From assembly GCA_004764695.1 (NCBI GenBank), contig SMSO01000025.1, positions 3,224,001-3,288,000 of the forward strand: DNA of 64,000 nt, given 5' to 3'. The stretch is from Schizochytrium sp. TIO01 (taxonomy: Eukaryota; Protista; Bigyra: Labyrinthulomycetes). This document shows, piece after piece, positions 1-11,058 of the stretch (its first letter is position 1; each line of letters begins with the position of its first letter). The position numbers were made by a program, and so were the translations under genes. The notes under the pieces are model-generated. The model did not search any database. It was not told the DNA's origin and saw nothing but the letters and a program-made list of their open reading frames with translations.

Positions 1-645
1 GGTATCATGGCAACTCCATTCGGTTTGACCCAGGATGGCTACGAGCAGCAATTTGGCGTAAATCACGTGGGTCACTACGCTTTGACCTTGCGTTTGATGC
101 CACTGCTAGAGTCTGGCGCACCTTCCCGTGTTGTTGCGGTAGCAAGTATGGGTCACAGTTTTGCCCCAGCAGACTCTTTCGACTTCGACAAACTCAATGA
201 CAAACAATCGTACGATCCGAATGCCGCATACGGCCGCAGCAAGCTGGCAAACATTCTCTTTGCTCGCTCCCTTGCTCGCCGCGTATATAAGAAGCAGATC
301 TACGTGAATAGTGCGCACCCTGGTTTGGTTACTACTGAGCTTACTCGTTACGTGAAGGATGATCTGACGGGTTTCTTTAGCAAGGAGACCATTGAATACA
401 TGCTAAACACATTCTTCAACAGCTTAGCCATGTCACCAAAGGATGGCGCAACTACTCAGTTATTCTTGGCCATGCCTTTCATTTCTGATCGCAACATTAC
501 TGGCGAATATTACGTCCCAACTGCACGTAGACATGACTCCAATCCACTCGCTCTTAGTATCCCATTGTCTGCGATGGGACAGGATGATGCTCTTGCTGAA
601 AAGCTTTGGTCCTGGACAGCCAGAGAAACAGGTCTCGACATTTAG
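1..645 (+). CDS. Short-chain dehydrogenase/reductase (RDH12/WWOX-like), copy 1, 5' end outside window
   Basis: GIMATP...EQQFGVNHVGH, YxxxK catalytic motif (AYGRSK), HPGLVTTEL; a diverged paralog of the next two genes. Confidence 0.9.
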   Translation, partial: GIMATPFGLTQDGYEQQFGVNHVGHYALTLRLMPLLESGAPSRVVAVASMGHSFAPADSFDFDKLNDKQSYDPNAAYGRSKLANILFARSLARRVYKKQIYVNSAHPGLVTTELTRYVKDDLTGFFSKETIEYMLNTFFNSLAMSPKDGATTQLFLAMPFISDRNITGEYYVPTARRHDSNPLALSIPLSAMGQDDALAEKLWSWTARETGLDI

Positions 646-1147
646 ATGGCGAACGCTTCTCTACTAATGGACTGCGAGACTAGCTTGTTACTACATTTCG
701 GCTTTGACTCTTGGCTTTTATCTTCACTACAACGAGATTCCGCCTCGATAGAAAATGATTTTTATCTCACTGACTCGAAATTGTCTGCAAGCCAAAATTC
801 TTCTATTTCTCTACCTTGTATGCGTTGCGAGTACAAAAGGACTACTAAATTCGAATCACTAGTATCAGCATGTGCCGAAATTCCTCGTGCTTCCTATTCG
901 AAAGAAGTTCCCTGTTCTAATATTTCTCTCATCTTTCCATCTCTCATACATCACATAGAGCGATCGTTAGTGACAAAATATATTAAATGTCACATAGACA
1001 ACGACAGCGCTACAAGATGAATGACAATATTTGTTGCTTCTGGGTAGGATGACAAATGTTTTTAGTCCTTAGCTTATCGACGATTCGAATAATGTCTTCA
1101 AACTCCTAATATTGACATTTAAGGTTTTAGTATATCTCAACTAAAAG

Positions 1148-2221
1148 ATGCCGAGTTGTGCTTCGTGCTCCATCTTTGTTGTGGTCCTGGCCATTCTCGC
1201 CATGGGCCTCTTTAACGTGGTCAGTGACGGCAAGTCACGCATGTACTGGCCACCTCCGCAATGGTCAATCGAGGATATCCCATCCCTCGAGGGCCAAACT
1301 GCTCTAGTTACAGGCGCCAATGTGGGTCTCGGATACGCCAGCTCTCTGGAGCTCCTTAAGAAGGGCTGTGTCGTTATCGTTGCAACTCGATCCCCTGCCA
1401 AGAACGTTGACACCGCCAAAAAGCTCCAGGCAGAGGCCAGCCTCCCTGAAAAGTACCGCAGCAATGTGGTTGCCCCCAAGGTTGGTCTCGAGCTCAACTC
1501 TTTAGCATCTGTTGAGAAGTTTGCTGACAGCATCCTTGAGGACCACAAGAGCCTAAACGTTCTTCTTAACAACGCTGGCATCATGATGACTCCGTATGGT
1601 CTGACCAAGGATGGGTATGAGCAGCAGTTTGGCGTAAACCACGTTGGTCACTACGCATTGACTCTTCGTCTGATGCCTTTGTTGGAGGCTGGTGCGCCAT
1701 CTCGGGTTGTTGCTGTGACAAGTCTTGGTCACCGTTTTGCGTCTTCGGATGCCCTCGATTTTGACAAGTTGAACGACGAAGCATCTTACAGCCCTACAGC
1801 GGCTTATGGGCGTAGCAAGCTTGCAAACATTTTGTTTGCTCGTGCTCTTGCTCGGCGCGTGAATGATAAGCAGATCTATGTGAACGCTGCGCATCCTGGG
1901 TTTGTTGCGACCGAACTTGCTCGGCATGTTAAAGACTCCATGTTCCAATTTCTCAGCAAGGACAATATCGAGTACTTCATGCAGACTCTCACCAATATGG
2001 TTGCGATGACACCGACAGAAGGTGCAACCACTCAGCTCTATCTATGCATGCCTGAGATTGCAAAGCGGAATATCACTGGCGAGTATTACGTGCCGACTGC
2101 TCGCAAGCATGACTCTCATCCCTTGGCTCTGAGCGGTCCAATGTCTGATATGGCTAAGGACGATGTTCTTGCTGAGAAGCTCTGGGCATGGACGGCCAAG
2201 GAAAGTGGCCTTGACCTTTGA
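1148..2221 (+). CDS. Short-chain dehydrogenase/reductase (RDH12/WWOX-like) with N-terminal membrane anchor, copy 2
   Basis: TGANVGLG Rossmann motif, NNAG, YGRSK; hydrophobic N-terminus. Confidence 0.93.
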   Translation: MPSCASCSIFVVVLAILAMGLFNVVSDGKSRMYWPPPQWSIEDIPSLEGQTALVTGANVGLGYASSLELLKKGCVVIVATRSPAKNVDTAKKLQAEASLPEKYRSNVVAPKVGLELNSLASVEKFADSILEDHKSLNVLLNNAGIMMTPYGLTKDGYEQQFGVNHVGHYALTLRLMPLLEAGAPSRVVAVTSLGHRFASSDALDFDKLNDEASYSPTAAYGRSKLANILFARALARRVNDKQIYVNAAHPGFVATELARHVKDSMFQFLSKDNIEYFMQTLTNMVAMTPTEGATTQLYLCMPEIAKRNITGEYYVPTARKHDSHPLALSGPMSDMAKDDVLAEKLWAWTAKESGLDL

Positions 2222-3194
2222 GCGATTTAGAGCAATGGATCTTGAGTTGGAATGTAGCAATCATAGTTGGCACGCCGCTCTCTTCATTACCAGGTACTAC
2301 AAATCTACAGTTTAAAACTTCTAAAACTATCCACAAGCTATTGGATTTCCTGTTCAAGTTTCCTAAGCCTTTTCTAGGCCCTTACTTTTTAACTCTCAAC
2401 ATACATTGTTTAATCATATGCCTTCATTTTACACAAACCCGGGAAGACTATAGCCATCCCTCATTCTCTGTATGATTCATTTTCGAGAGTAGGATTGTTC
2501 GAAAGGATACAACAAACTAAAATAATCTGAATGGTGCCAATGTAAAACCTCACTCGGATAAGCGTTTAGGCGGTCATCATCATGATATCACCTTCCGTTT
2601 TTGTTATATTAATTGAACTTTGGTAAGAGCTTCATGATGGCATTCCTTCAGGTTGTGGCTTCGCATTTGTTTTGGTTCCGAAGAGTGAATCTGTTTTGTA
2701 TCTACGCTCTTAAACACCCAGGCGGAAAAAGCTAATGCAGGATATTATGGACTTGGTATTTTCTTTTTTCTGTTAAGAAGGTACCTTGTACCCCTAACTA
2801 CCGACATTCTAACGACATATCCAGATCTTTCTATGTATTCTTGCGTATCAAGTCACGGCTTCCTCGAGTGGCCAAGACATTCTTCTTTGCTCTTGGCTAC
2901 CCAAAACATTACCCTCCTTTTAGACTTTCATTTAATCAATTAGAATTGACAAACCATAATATACGTCTGTTCGTGCCTAACGATCTGTACGGGTACCTAA
3001 CACATGATCAGAACAAAGAAGAGAGAGGTAGTAGTATATCTTTCAGGGGCCTCTAGCTCTGAGCTTGCAGACTTTCTAAGATTCAGAACCTTAACGAATA
3101 GGACACCCTGTGTCACAGGGTGACTATATACGAGGACAACCTTAGAAAATAGACTCAACAATAGCGAAGCTGTGTTGATACTAAAGTAATCAAC

Positions 3195-4268
3195 ATGCCG
3201 AGTTGTGCTTCGTGCTCCATCTTTGTTGTGGTCCTGGCCATTCTCGCCATGGGCCTCTTTAACGTGGTCAGTGACGGCAAGTCACGCATGTACTGGCCAC
3301 CTCCGCAATGGTCAATCGAGGATATCCCATCCCTCGAGGGCCAAACTGCTCTAGTTACAGGCGCCAATGTGGGTCTCGGATACGCCAGCTCTCTGGAGCT
3401 CCTTAAGAAGGGCTGTGTCGTTATCGTTGCAACTCGATCCCCTGCCAAGAACGTTGACACCGCCAAAAAGCTCCAGGCAGAGGCCAGCCTCCCTGAAAAG
3501 TACCGCAGCAATGTGGTTGCCCCCAAGGTTGGTCTCGAGCTCAACTCCTTAGCATCTGTTGAGAAGTTTGCTGACAGCATCCTTGAGGACCACAAGAGCC
3601 TAAACATTCTTCTTAACAACGCTGGCATCATGATGACTCCGTATGGTCTGACCAAGGATGGGTATGAGCAGCAGTTTGGCGTAAACCACGTTGGTCACTA
3701 CGCATTGACTCTTCGTCTGATGCCTTTGTTGGAGGCTGGTGCGCCATCTCGGGTCGTTGCTGTGACAAGTCTTGGTCACCGTTTTGCGTCTTCGGATGCC
3801 CTCGATTTTGACAAGTTGAACGACGAAGCATCTTACAGCCCTACAGCGGCTTATGGGCGTAGCAAGCTTGCAAACATTTTGTTTGCTCGTGCTCTTGCTC
3901 GGCGCGTGAATGATAAGCAGATCTATGTGAACGCTGCGCATCCTGGGTTTGTTGCGACCGAACTTGCTCGGCATGTTAAAGACTCCATGTTCCAATTTCT
4001 CAGCAAGGACAATATCGAGTACTTCATGCAGACTCTCACCAATATGGTTGCGATGACACCGACAGAAGGTGCAACCACTCAGCTCTATCTATGCATGCCT
4101 GAGATTGCAAAGCGGAATATCACTGGCGAGTATTACGTGCCGACTGCTCGCAAGCATGACTCTCATCCCTTGGCTCTGAGCGGTCCAATGTCTGATATGG
4201 CTAAGGACGATGTTCTTGCTGAGAAGCTCTGGGCATGGACGGCCAAGGAAACTGGCCTTGACCTTTAA
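3195..4268 (+). CDS. Short-chain dehydrogenase/reductase, copy 3 (nearly identical to copy 2)
   Basis: Same motifs; only V/I and S/T amino-acid differences from copy 2 in the ORF track. Confidence 0.93.
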   Translation: MPSCASCSIFVVVLAILAMGLFNVVSDGKSRMYWPPPQWSIEDIPSLEGQTALVTGANVGLGYASSLELLKKGCVVIVATRSPAKNVDTAKKLQAEASLPEKYRSNVVAPKVGLELNSLASVEKFADSILEDHKSLNILLNNAGIMMTPYGLTKDGYEQQFGVNHVGHYALTLRLMPLLEAGAPSRVVAVTSLGHRFASSDALDFDKLNDEASYSPTAAYGRSKLANILFARALARRVNDKQIYVNAAHPGFVATELARHVKDSMFQFLSKDNIEYFMQTLTNMVAMTPTEGATTQLYLCMPEIAKRNITGEYYVPTARKHDSHPLALSGPMSDMAKDDVLAEKLWAWTAKETGLDL

Positions 4269-4420
4269 GTGATTTAGAAAAATCAAACATTTAAACACAC
4301 GCCAATCGATTCGTTCGAAACAAAAATACAAAAAATAAGATTTAACTGTTTTCATGTTCATTCTCAATTGTTTCATTTAAGTATCTAACTTTGCGGAAAA
4401 CTGCATTCGAGAAGAACTTT

Positions 4421-7400
4421 CTACTGCGCAGATGTGAGTATACGCCTACTGCAACCATATTGAATTACTACCAATGGTGGGGGTGCATACCCTTTATGCA
4501 CTGCCCAGTCCTCAGTAGGTGGCATAGTTTCCTTTCCGTGCAGAGAGTTGAAGTAATAGACTATGTTAGGTTCTGTGGAAGATGGAGTAATGCGAACAAT
4601 GACCCAGAGCTGTGCAGAACCATGAACGACGCGTCGAAGGTGAATATTGGGATCACGATTTGAACGATACGCTGGCACTCCATCAGCGACGCCATGTTCT
4701 TCGAAGCGCCCGTGCACTATTAGTGAACCAGCGTCTGCTACTACCACTGCATTTTTGTACTTATCTTTTATTCGGTGTGCTTGGCGTAGTTCACGCTTCG
4801 AGACCGAATGACCTAAAGCTTTGCCAGACTTTGTCTTCCCATCTTGACTCACTTGAATTATTTCGTCGTCCTCATCCTCATAATCGAGTTCACTCGCTTG
4901 ATCTTGTGTAAACCAGTCTAATCGAGGGCTCGCAACATACTTTGTATTTGACGCCTTCCACCCAAGTCTTGGCGGAATAAGCGCATGCCCATTTGCCTTA
5001 TTAAAGTAAATGATGTCTGGAACACCAGTCTGGCCTTGAATGCGCATGACAGCCCACATCGTTCCATCTCGGATTCGCTCAATAACAAACCATTCTTCCG
5101 AGGAAGCTGACTCCAGAACATAAGTCATTGTTGAAGACCCAGTGCTCTTGGAGGTTTGAGAGATTGTAGAACACTTGTAGATACCCTTGGCTTGAGGCAT
5201 GCCACAATCTGATAACTTAACAGCCACAATGCTGCTTAGTTCTTTCAGTGTGTAGCTTGCTGAAGCAATATGTACGAGCATATGGGCTCGGTAGGCTCGT
5301 TGAATGATACATGCTGCTTTATGCTTTTCATCATCAAATGTTGTAGCCTGCATTCGTTTTTTGAATGAAGTAAGTTCTGGATTAGAAGTAGAGGGACTAG
5401 TTGAACCTTGCTGCTGCAACCGACGTGCTGACTCATTCTGCCAAACCATAATAGGAACAGGAACTTTTCCATTTATACCTTGAACCCAGCTGTGTGCAGA
5501 AAAGGTATCAGGTGGTTGTTCAGTATTTGCTTTATTGACGTAAAAAATCTTTGTGTCCTCCACAGTAGAAGGTTTAAGCAAATTTGTCGTGCTACTCCGC
5601 TGATCAGTAACTTGCCTGCAGACAACCCATAGATTTTGATTATTCAGATAGGAAACCCTTCTGATCGTATAGTTGTATCGTCCTGTTGACTCCCGCTTCA
5701 TGTACAAGGGTGCCCCATTGGCACTGCCAACAACAATGTAAAGACCGTTCACTTCTGGAGAGCCTGCATCAGCTACTCGAATACTTTCACTATCTCGACA
5801 TTGTCTTTCAAGCAAAGCAAGCTCTTCATCATCATCGTCAGGTGCTTCAGAACCATCCTCTAAAGTCTTTTTCAATGAGAGAACAGGCGCAGGCAATGGT
5901 GGTCCAAAGGTTTGCAGGGTTTTCCATCCTTCTTTGGGCGGAAAGAGGGATATCGTTCGATTAGCATATAGCGTCTCCACGGATCCTGTAGCATGTTGAA
6001 TTCTAAAAAGGTGCCAAACACGATCCTGACGCTCAATCATGTAGTCTACATCTTTTGGCGGCTGTTCTAACACATACTTCGCCGTTCCAACATCGGTTCC
6101 AGAGCCCATGAGAACATACGCACCACAACAGCTTGTTAGTCCGCACTCTACGACGCGAAGGCGTGTAAGACGAAGTGTATGGAAATTTTTTACTGAAGCA
6201 CTACGAACCAGTGCGATGCCGAGTGCTGCAAAACGTTTCTGTGCCATGTAGCGTCTGAAATGTTTTTGAACCATAATACAACATTCTTCAAGCTTAGCTT
6301 GTCTTAATGCGCACATGCGGCGGTAGAACTTTTGTAGAATAGCAGCAGAGCGAATAAATGTATAATTTTGTTTGATCCGTTCAACGCGCATCAAGCCATT
6401 GCGAAGCTTTCGAGCCTGATAACAGCGAAACATTAATTGAATTTTCAGAGCAGCTTCATGTTCTAGATCGCCCACTCTTAATTGAATATTCTCCCTTCCA
6501 TAACGATCGATATTTTCTATCTCTTCGTCCTCCTCCATTACTCCAACTACTTCATTTTCTCCATTTTGGTTTTGTTCTCTTGCTTCAGTTGCAGGCAAAA
6601 CATCATCCAGAGATGCAGAATCACAATTTTCTTCTTCATTATTTGGTTGCGCTTCTTCATTAGCGTCGTCCTCACCTGATAGATGGTCATTTCTATCCTC
6701 TTGGGTATCGTAATAAAACTCGGTCGTGGCCTCCGGAGTTTTGGTCTCATTGACAGGTTCGAGTGTTTCGTCTTCACCTTCGAAGGTGGTGATGTTGATC
6801 AGATTTGTCTCTGATTTTTTAGCAAACTGTAGCTCGGTAGATCTTGTCATTCTATACTTCGTCAAGGTGATCTTGGACTTTCGTTGCGCCGAGTTTCCTC
6901 TTTTGTGCAACTTGATAGAAGTTCTGCGAGAGGGTGGTGATTTACGGCCATCCGTTGTATATACCACCGATGCTACTCTCACTCGATGTGAGAGAGGAAT
7001 CACTGTTTCAACAACAGATGGAGTTGCACGTCGTGATCTCCTTTGTGTGTCTTTTGGGCGCATTTTTTCATGCCACTCATTATCAAGCCAACTACCTTGA
7101 TCTAAAAGTAATGCAAGATTTGAAAATGCAGGCCACAGACGTTTTGCATCCTGCATTAATTTCGTCACACATGCCCCGGCAAGGTAAAGTTTGCGATTTC
7201 GTCTAAGATCGACTCTTCGAACTGTATGATTGCGGCATAGTGCATCATACAACGCTTGCCACGCGCGAAGGCCGGCATTGCAATCTTGGAGATCAAGCTG
7301 CTCGATCGTTTCGTTATAGTAAAGCGCTCGTGCAAGCATGCGGAAACCGTCTTTACCGAGTTTGTTTCCTTGCAAGCTCAGTGATGTAATTCTTGTGTCG

Positions 7401-8032
7401 CTAGCGATAAGCTGAGCAATGTAGCCTACAGAAGCGCCTTTGATATTCTGACGAGCTAAATTGCGTTTTAGGGTGAGTTCTTTTCCACCATGGAAAGATA
7501 CAAAGATCCTCCGAGGTTGCTGTGTTACCCACGTACCCAATGCAGTGCCACTTCGTGCTGAGAGTTCTTCATTTCCAGAGAAGTCGAGTGAAGTTATTGT
7601 GCAGGCATTCCCAGCTTTTCGCATTGCTTGCAACAATAACTCGATAGAGTTATCGCTAATGTTTTGAGAGCGTACTACAAGTTTGTCTACCTTGAGGCTG
7701 AGTTCTTCGAGCGGAAGTTTCGCAAATTTATTGTCATCAAGTTCATTTCTTATCAAAGCAATCGTTCCAAGAGGGACATCTTCATCAAGCAACTTTCGTA
7801 GCATAGCAAATTCTTCGTCCGTAATGTCACGATGAAGCACCTCAAATCGAAACCGGTTACGGACACCTGTTCCTCGTACATTGTCTGCTCTACCTTTTAT
7901 CGAGCGCTTGGGTTTATAAGACCGCGTGCTTCCTTGAGATGGCCTGTGCGGACTTGTCTTAGAGATCAACATTCTAGCACCGCCAGAGGTTCGAAAACCT
8001 TTTCGCGCTTGTACCCTTTCAAGCGCAAGCAA
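4421..8032 (-). CDS. Leucine-rich-repeat (RNI-like) + IQ-motif protein with four copies of an unnamed C-terminal module; start uncertain
   Basis: LRRs (ITSLDFSGN, ITSLSLQGNKLG, IEQLDLQDCN); IQ motifs (AALKIQLMFRCY, AAILQKFYRR, IMVQKHFRRY, AACIIQRAYRAH). First ATG in the ORF is 7972; an in-frame ATG at 8131 is cut off by TAA at 8041-8039. Confidence 0.8.
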   Translation of the reverse strand: MLALERVQARKGFRTSGGARMLISKTSPHRPSQGSTRSYKPKRSIKGRADNVRGTGVRNRFRFEVLHRDITDEEFAMLRKLLDEDVPLGTIALIRNELDDNKFAKLPLEELSLKVDKLVVRSQNISDNSIELLLQAMRKAGNACTITSLDFSGNEELSARSGTALGTWVTQQPRRIFVSFHGGKELTLKRNLARQNIKGASVGYIAQLIASDTRITSLSLQGNKLGKDGFRMLARALYYNETIEQLDLQDCNAGLRAWQALYDALCRNHTVRRVDLRRNRKLYLAGACVTKLMQDAKRLWPAFSNLALLLDQGSWLDNEWHEKMRPKDTQRRSRRATPSVVETVIPLSHRVRVASVVYTTDGRKSPPSRRTSIKLHKRGNSAQRKSKITLTKYRMTRSTELQFAKKSETNLINITTFEGEDETLEPVNETKTPEATTEFYYDTQEDRNDHLSGEDDANEEAQPNNEEENCDSASLDDVLPATEAREQNQNGENEVVGVMEEDEEIENIDRYGRENIQLRVGDLEHEAALKIQLMFRCYQARKLRNGLMRVERIKQNYTFIRSAAILQKFYRRMCALRQAKLEECCIMVQKHFRRYMAQKRFAALGIALVRSASVKNFHTLRLTRLRVVECGLTSCCGAYVLMGSGTDVGTAKYVLEQPPKDVDYMIERQDRVWHLFRIQHATGSVETLYANRTISLFPPKEGWKTLQTFGPPLPAPVLSLKKTLEDGSEAPDDDDEELALLERQCRDSESIRVADAGSPEVNGLYIVVGSANGAPLYMKRESTGRYNYTIRRVSYLNNQNLWVVCRQVTDQRSSTTNLLKPSTVEDTKIFYVNKANTEQPPDTFSAHSWVQGINGKVPVPIMVWQNESARRLQQQGSTSPSTSNPELTSFKKRMQATTFDDEKHKAACIIQRAYRAHMLVHIASASYTLKELSSIVAVKLSDCGMPQAKGIYKCSTISQTSKSTGSSTMTYVLESASSEEWFVIERIRDGTMWAVMRIQGQTGVPDIIYFNKANGHALIPPRLGWKASNTKYVASPRLDWFTQDQASELDYEDEDDEIIQVSQDGKTKSGKALGHSVSKRELRQAHRIKDKYKNAVVVADAGSLIVHGRFEEHGVADGVPAYRSNRDPNIHLRRVVHGSAQLWVIVRITPSSTEPNIVYYFNSLHGKETMPPTEDWAVHKGYAPPPLVVIQYGCSRRILTSAQ

Positions 8033-8906
8033 GAGACTTTACTTTTCTCTGAAACGAGCGGTGCTCTTCAAGACTGATATCTCCACTCCTGCACAGCAGT
8101 TAGCGCGGACCACCTTCATGAGCTCATCCATCCTGGATTGTCTCGAGATTCACAAATTACAAAGTGTTAAAGAACCTAGTATACAATAGTCTATACGAAC
8201 CCGCGCGGATATTAAAGTTCAAGTACCAAATGAAAAGCCAAGGTGTGTACTGCATGGTCCGTTCTGACCATAAGTAAATTCATACACAATTTGATTCCTA
8301 GTCAATCTTTATCGTCAACAGTACGTAAGAATGACATGTCTTCCATTACTTCTTTTCGAGAAAGCAAGAAAGTGCCCCAAAGAATGTTATAGGCGAAGAA
8401 GGTAAATACGTTCCAAATAGGCATGCATAGAATATATGACATATTAAGTTCGGCATAAACACTCAAAGATACATTATTTTGCCATCAATGAGAGATTTGG
8501 TCTGGAGAATTTCTGTCACTTTCATTTTCGAATATAGAGAGAGATTTGGGCAATAACGGTTTTCTTCAAATTAGCTTCAATGGTAAAAGAATTGAAAAAG
8601 AGAGAGAGAAGAAAAAGAGAAAACATGGAAAAGCCCAATGTACAGCAAACTGCTTGCAAACTGCTAAAAAGAAAACACGGAATCATTATCGAAATTTTGG
8701 TATCTATAGGTCAACATATGTAAGTGATAATAATATATTTGGCAACATTACCAAAGGCATAGATAAGCTTTTGCTTAAGTAAATGGTAGTGTCCTATTTG
8801 CGAGCAGACGATGTGAATACAAATTAGGTTGTGAGCAGAATAAAGAAAAGTAGTGCTAGACGTAAGCCCCATGTTCGGAAGGGAAAATGAACAACTGATG
8901 AATCTT

Positions 8907-10010
8907 CTATTCTCTAGCAGATCCATAAGTTGACCAATCCTGGGTAGAGTTTCCTCCGTTACGCATGGCTTCTTCTTCTTGACGTTCACGTTCTCGCTGG
9001 ACGCGTATGATTTGACTAGCTGTTGAGACAATAGATCCCATTGTTGCCAGGTGCCGAGCCCATGTTTGTAGCCGTGAGGGTGGATTTGACTCCTCTTCAG
9101 TTGCTGCATTTTGGCCAGCCCCAGTAGAATCGCTTGCAGATTGTGATGTCGCTGGATTACCTTGCGAATCCGAACCTTGGGAATCATTGCCCCGCTGCGC
9201 GCTTCGATTCACTTGAGGATTAATCCAACCATCCACGAAAAGAAATGCCGAAGCCAAGTGGTCAAAAATAGTTGTCTGTCGTTCGTGTTCAATTCCATGT
9301 TCCTCAGCATACTGTTTGCACAAATGTCAATTATATGATATGGGTTAGTCATCTCAGTTATATGTTTGATCTTCTAGGCTTTGCCAGGAAGACGTTTTGA
9401 TCACATACCTGGTCCATTGCTTGAGCGAACATGTCAAATGCTTGCTCAGCAGTCATTTCCATCACGACTGTATCTCCATGCTGGGACATATTGTATGGCT
9501 GGCGCTCATACTGTCTTCGTGTATCGTACTGGGCTCGCTTGAGTCCGTCGCTCAACGTATCGTAAGCCTCGGCAACCCGCTGTATTTGGTAAATTTTGAA
9601 TTAATTCCATGTCAGTCTTCTCCGTTTCGGGAAATCAGCAACAGCAACAGAGCATTTAGCTGAGATATAGAAGCATAACACCCGAATTAGTGTCGATATC
9701 CAGCTTCATCACCTGAGGTTTCATAATGATCATACGACGTTACTGCATTGCTATCGCATGAGTGTGGACTTACCTGGAATGCTTCCGTAGCCCTTGGGTG
9801 CGAACTTTTATCAGGGTGACACTGCATACTACGTTTCAGGTACGCCTTGCGCAGGACGGCTGCTGAGAGGTCATCAGTTTTTTTCACTTGCAAAACCTCG
9901 TACAGAGTCTCGGCCTCAAGGATGCTGTCGATTACAGCATCACGAGCTGCCTGTGAGTCAACAGATCTCGTCGAAGTTGGGCGCCCTGCAGAAGCCGAAG
10001 CCCCATTCAT
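8907..10010 (-). CDS. DnaJ-domain protein, 3 exons (10010-9774, 9579-9409, 9311-8907)
   Basis: J-domain LYEVL...HPDK...EAFQ|RVAEAYDTLSD is rebuilt across phase-0 GT-AG introns (CAG|GTAAGT..TACAG| and CAG|GTATGT..AACAG|). Confidence 0.85.
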
Positions 10011-11058
10011 CGTGAAATGACCAATTAACTGAGGCACCCCTGGGTCTTGTGGATCCGGACAGGTCTGGCTGCGTTGTGAAGAGCACCTTTGTTGAAAAAA
10101 TTGAAGCGAAAACGTCAGCCAAGCGGGGTGTCTTTGGCAATCAAATAGTTCAGAATGTTGCTGGTGTTGTTGCAGGCGACCTCGTTGTTGTTGCACTGGG
10201 TCTGCGTCTGATCTGCTTGCTTTGTTATTACTAGGTAGGTACCTACTATCTTAATAAAAACTAGTTTACTAAACTAGAAGAAAAAAAAGAAAAAGAAAAA
10301 AGTAAAGTTTAGGAAACATTTCATGCTCTACTTTTGCTCAACAGCGCTTTTTTTAAAAACTAACTTGCCTCAGCGTAGAATACTCACGATTTCATTCTCT
10401 CAAGTTTCGTGTTACTACAATATTTGTTTTATCTGCTCAAGTTTGATCATGCTTGGTTATGTGTGTTGGGTGTATCATTTCTTACAAACCAAAATGAAGA
10501 ATAATTTACCACGACACAATTAATTGCAACCCAAGCTTTAGCAACTCTCCCATTATAAATCGATTACCAAAGCATTCTCACAGTTTAGGTTTCATCTTTC
10601 TAAAAGACTTGTGGCCATACGACAACTCGAGGTTTTGCCAGGAGATGGTGAGTTGTTCCATAACTCAATTTATTTTTGCGATTGCAAGAAGGACTATTAT
10701 TTACTAGTAAAGATGAATGATACATTATCATAGGGAGGCTCAGCAAACTCGCAATTTCTGCGTTTGCTGCAACTCGCTGAGGCCTCATTGCACTCCTCGC
10801 ACCTTGCCCTGCAAGCTGCGCAGGCCCACAACAACTACGTTGTGTGGGGGCGCTTGCACTTGAGCTAGAAAAGCTGTGTCTAACTGCGTTTTCCATCGGA
10901 AGATAGCCAAGCTCATTGCGAAGTCGCCACATTGCAACTCTAGCTGCTCTGCATAGACCTACGTTCCGAGGCCAAGAAATTTGATCGACATATCTCGTTC
11001 AAGCATTACTGGTGTTGTTTGATCTTCGTTGGTCTCTTATAAATTGATCTAGACCGCT

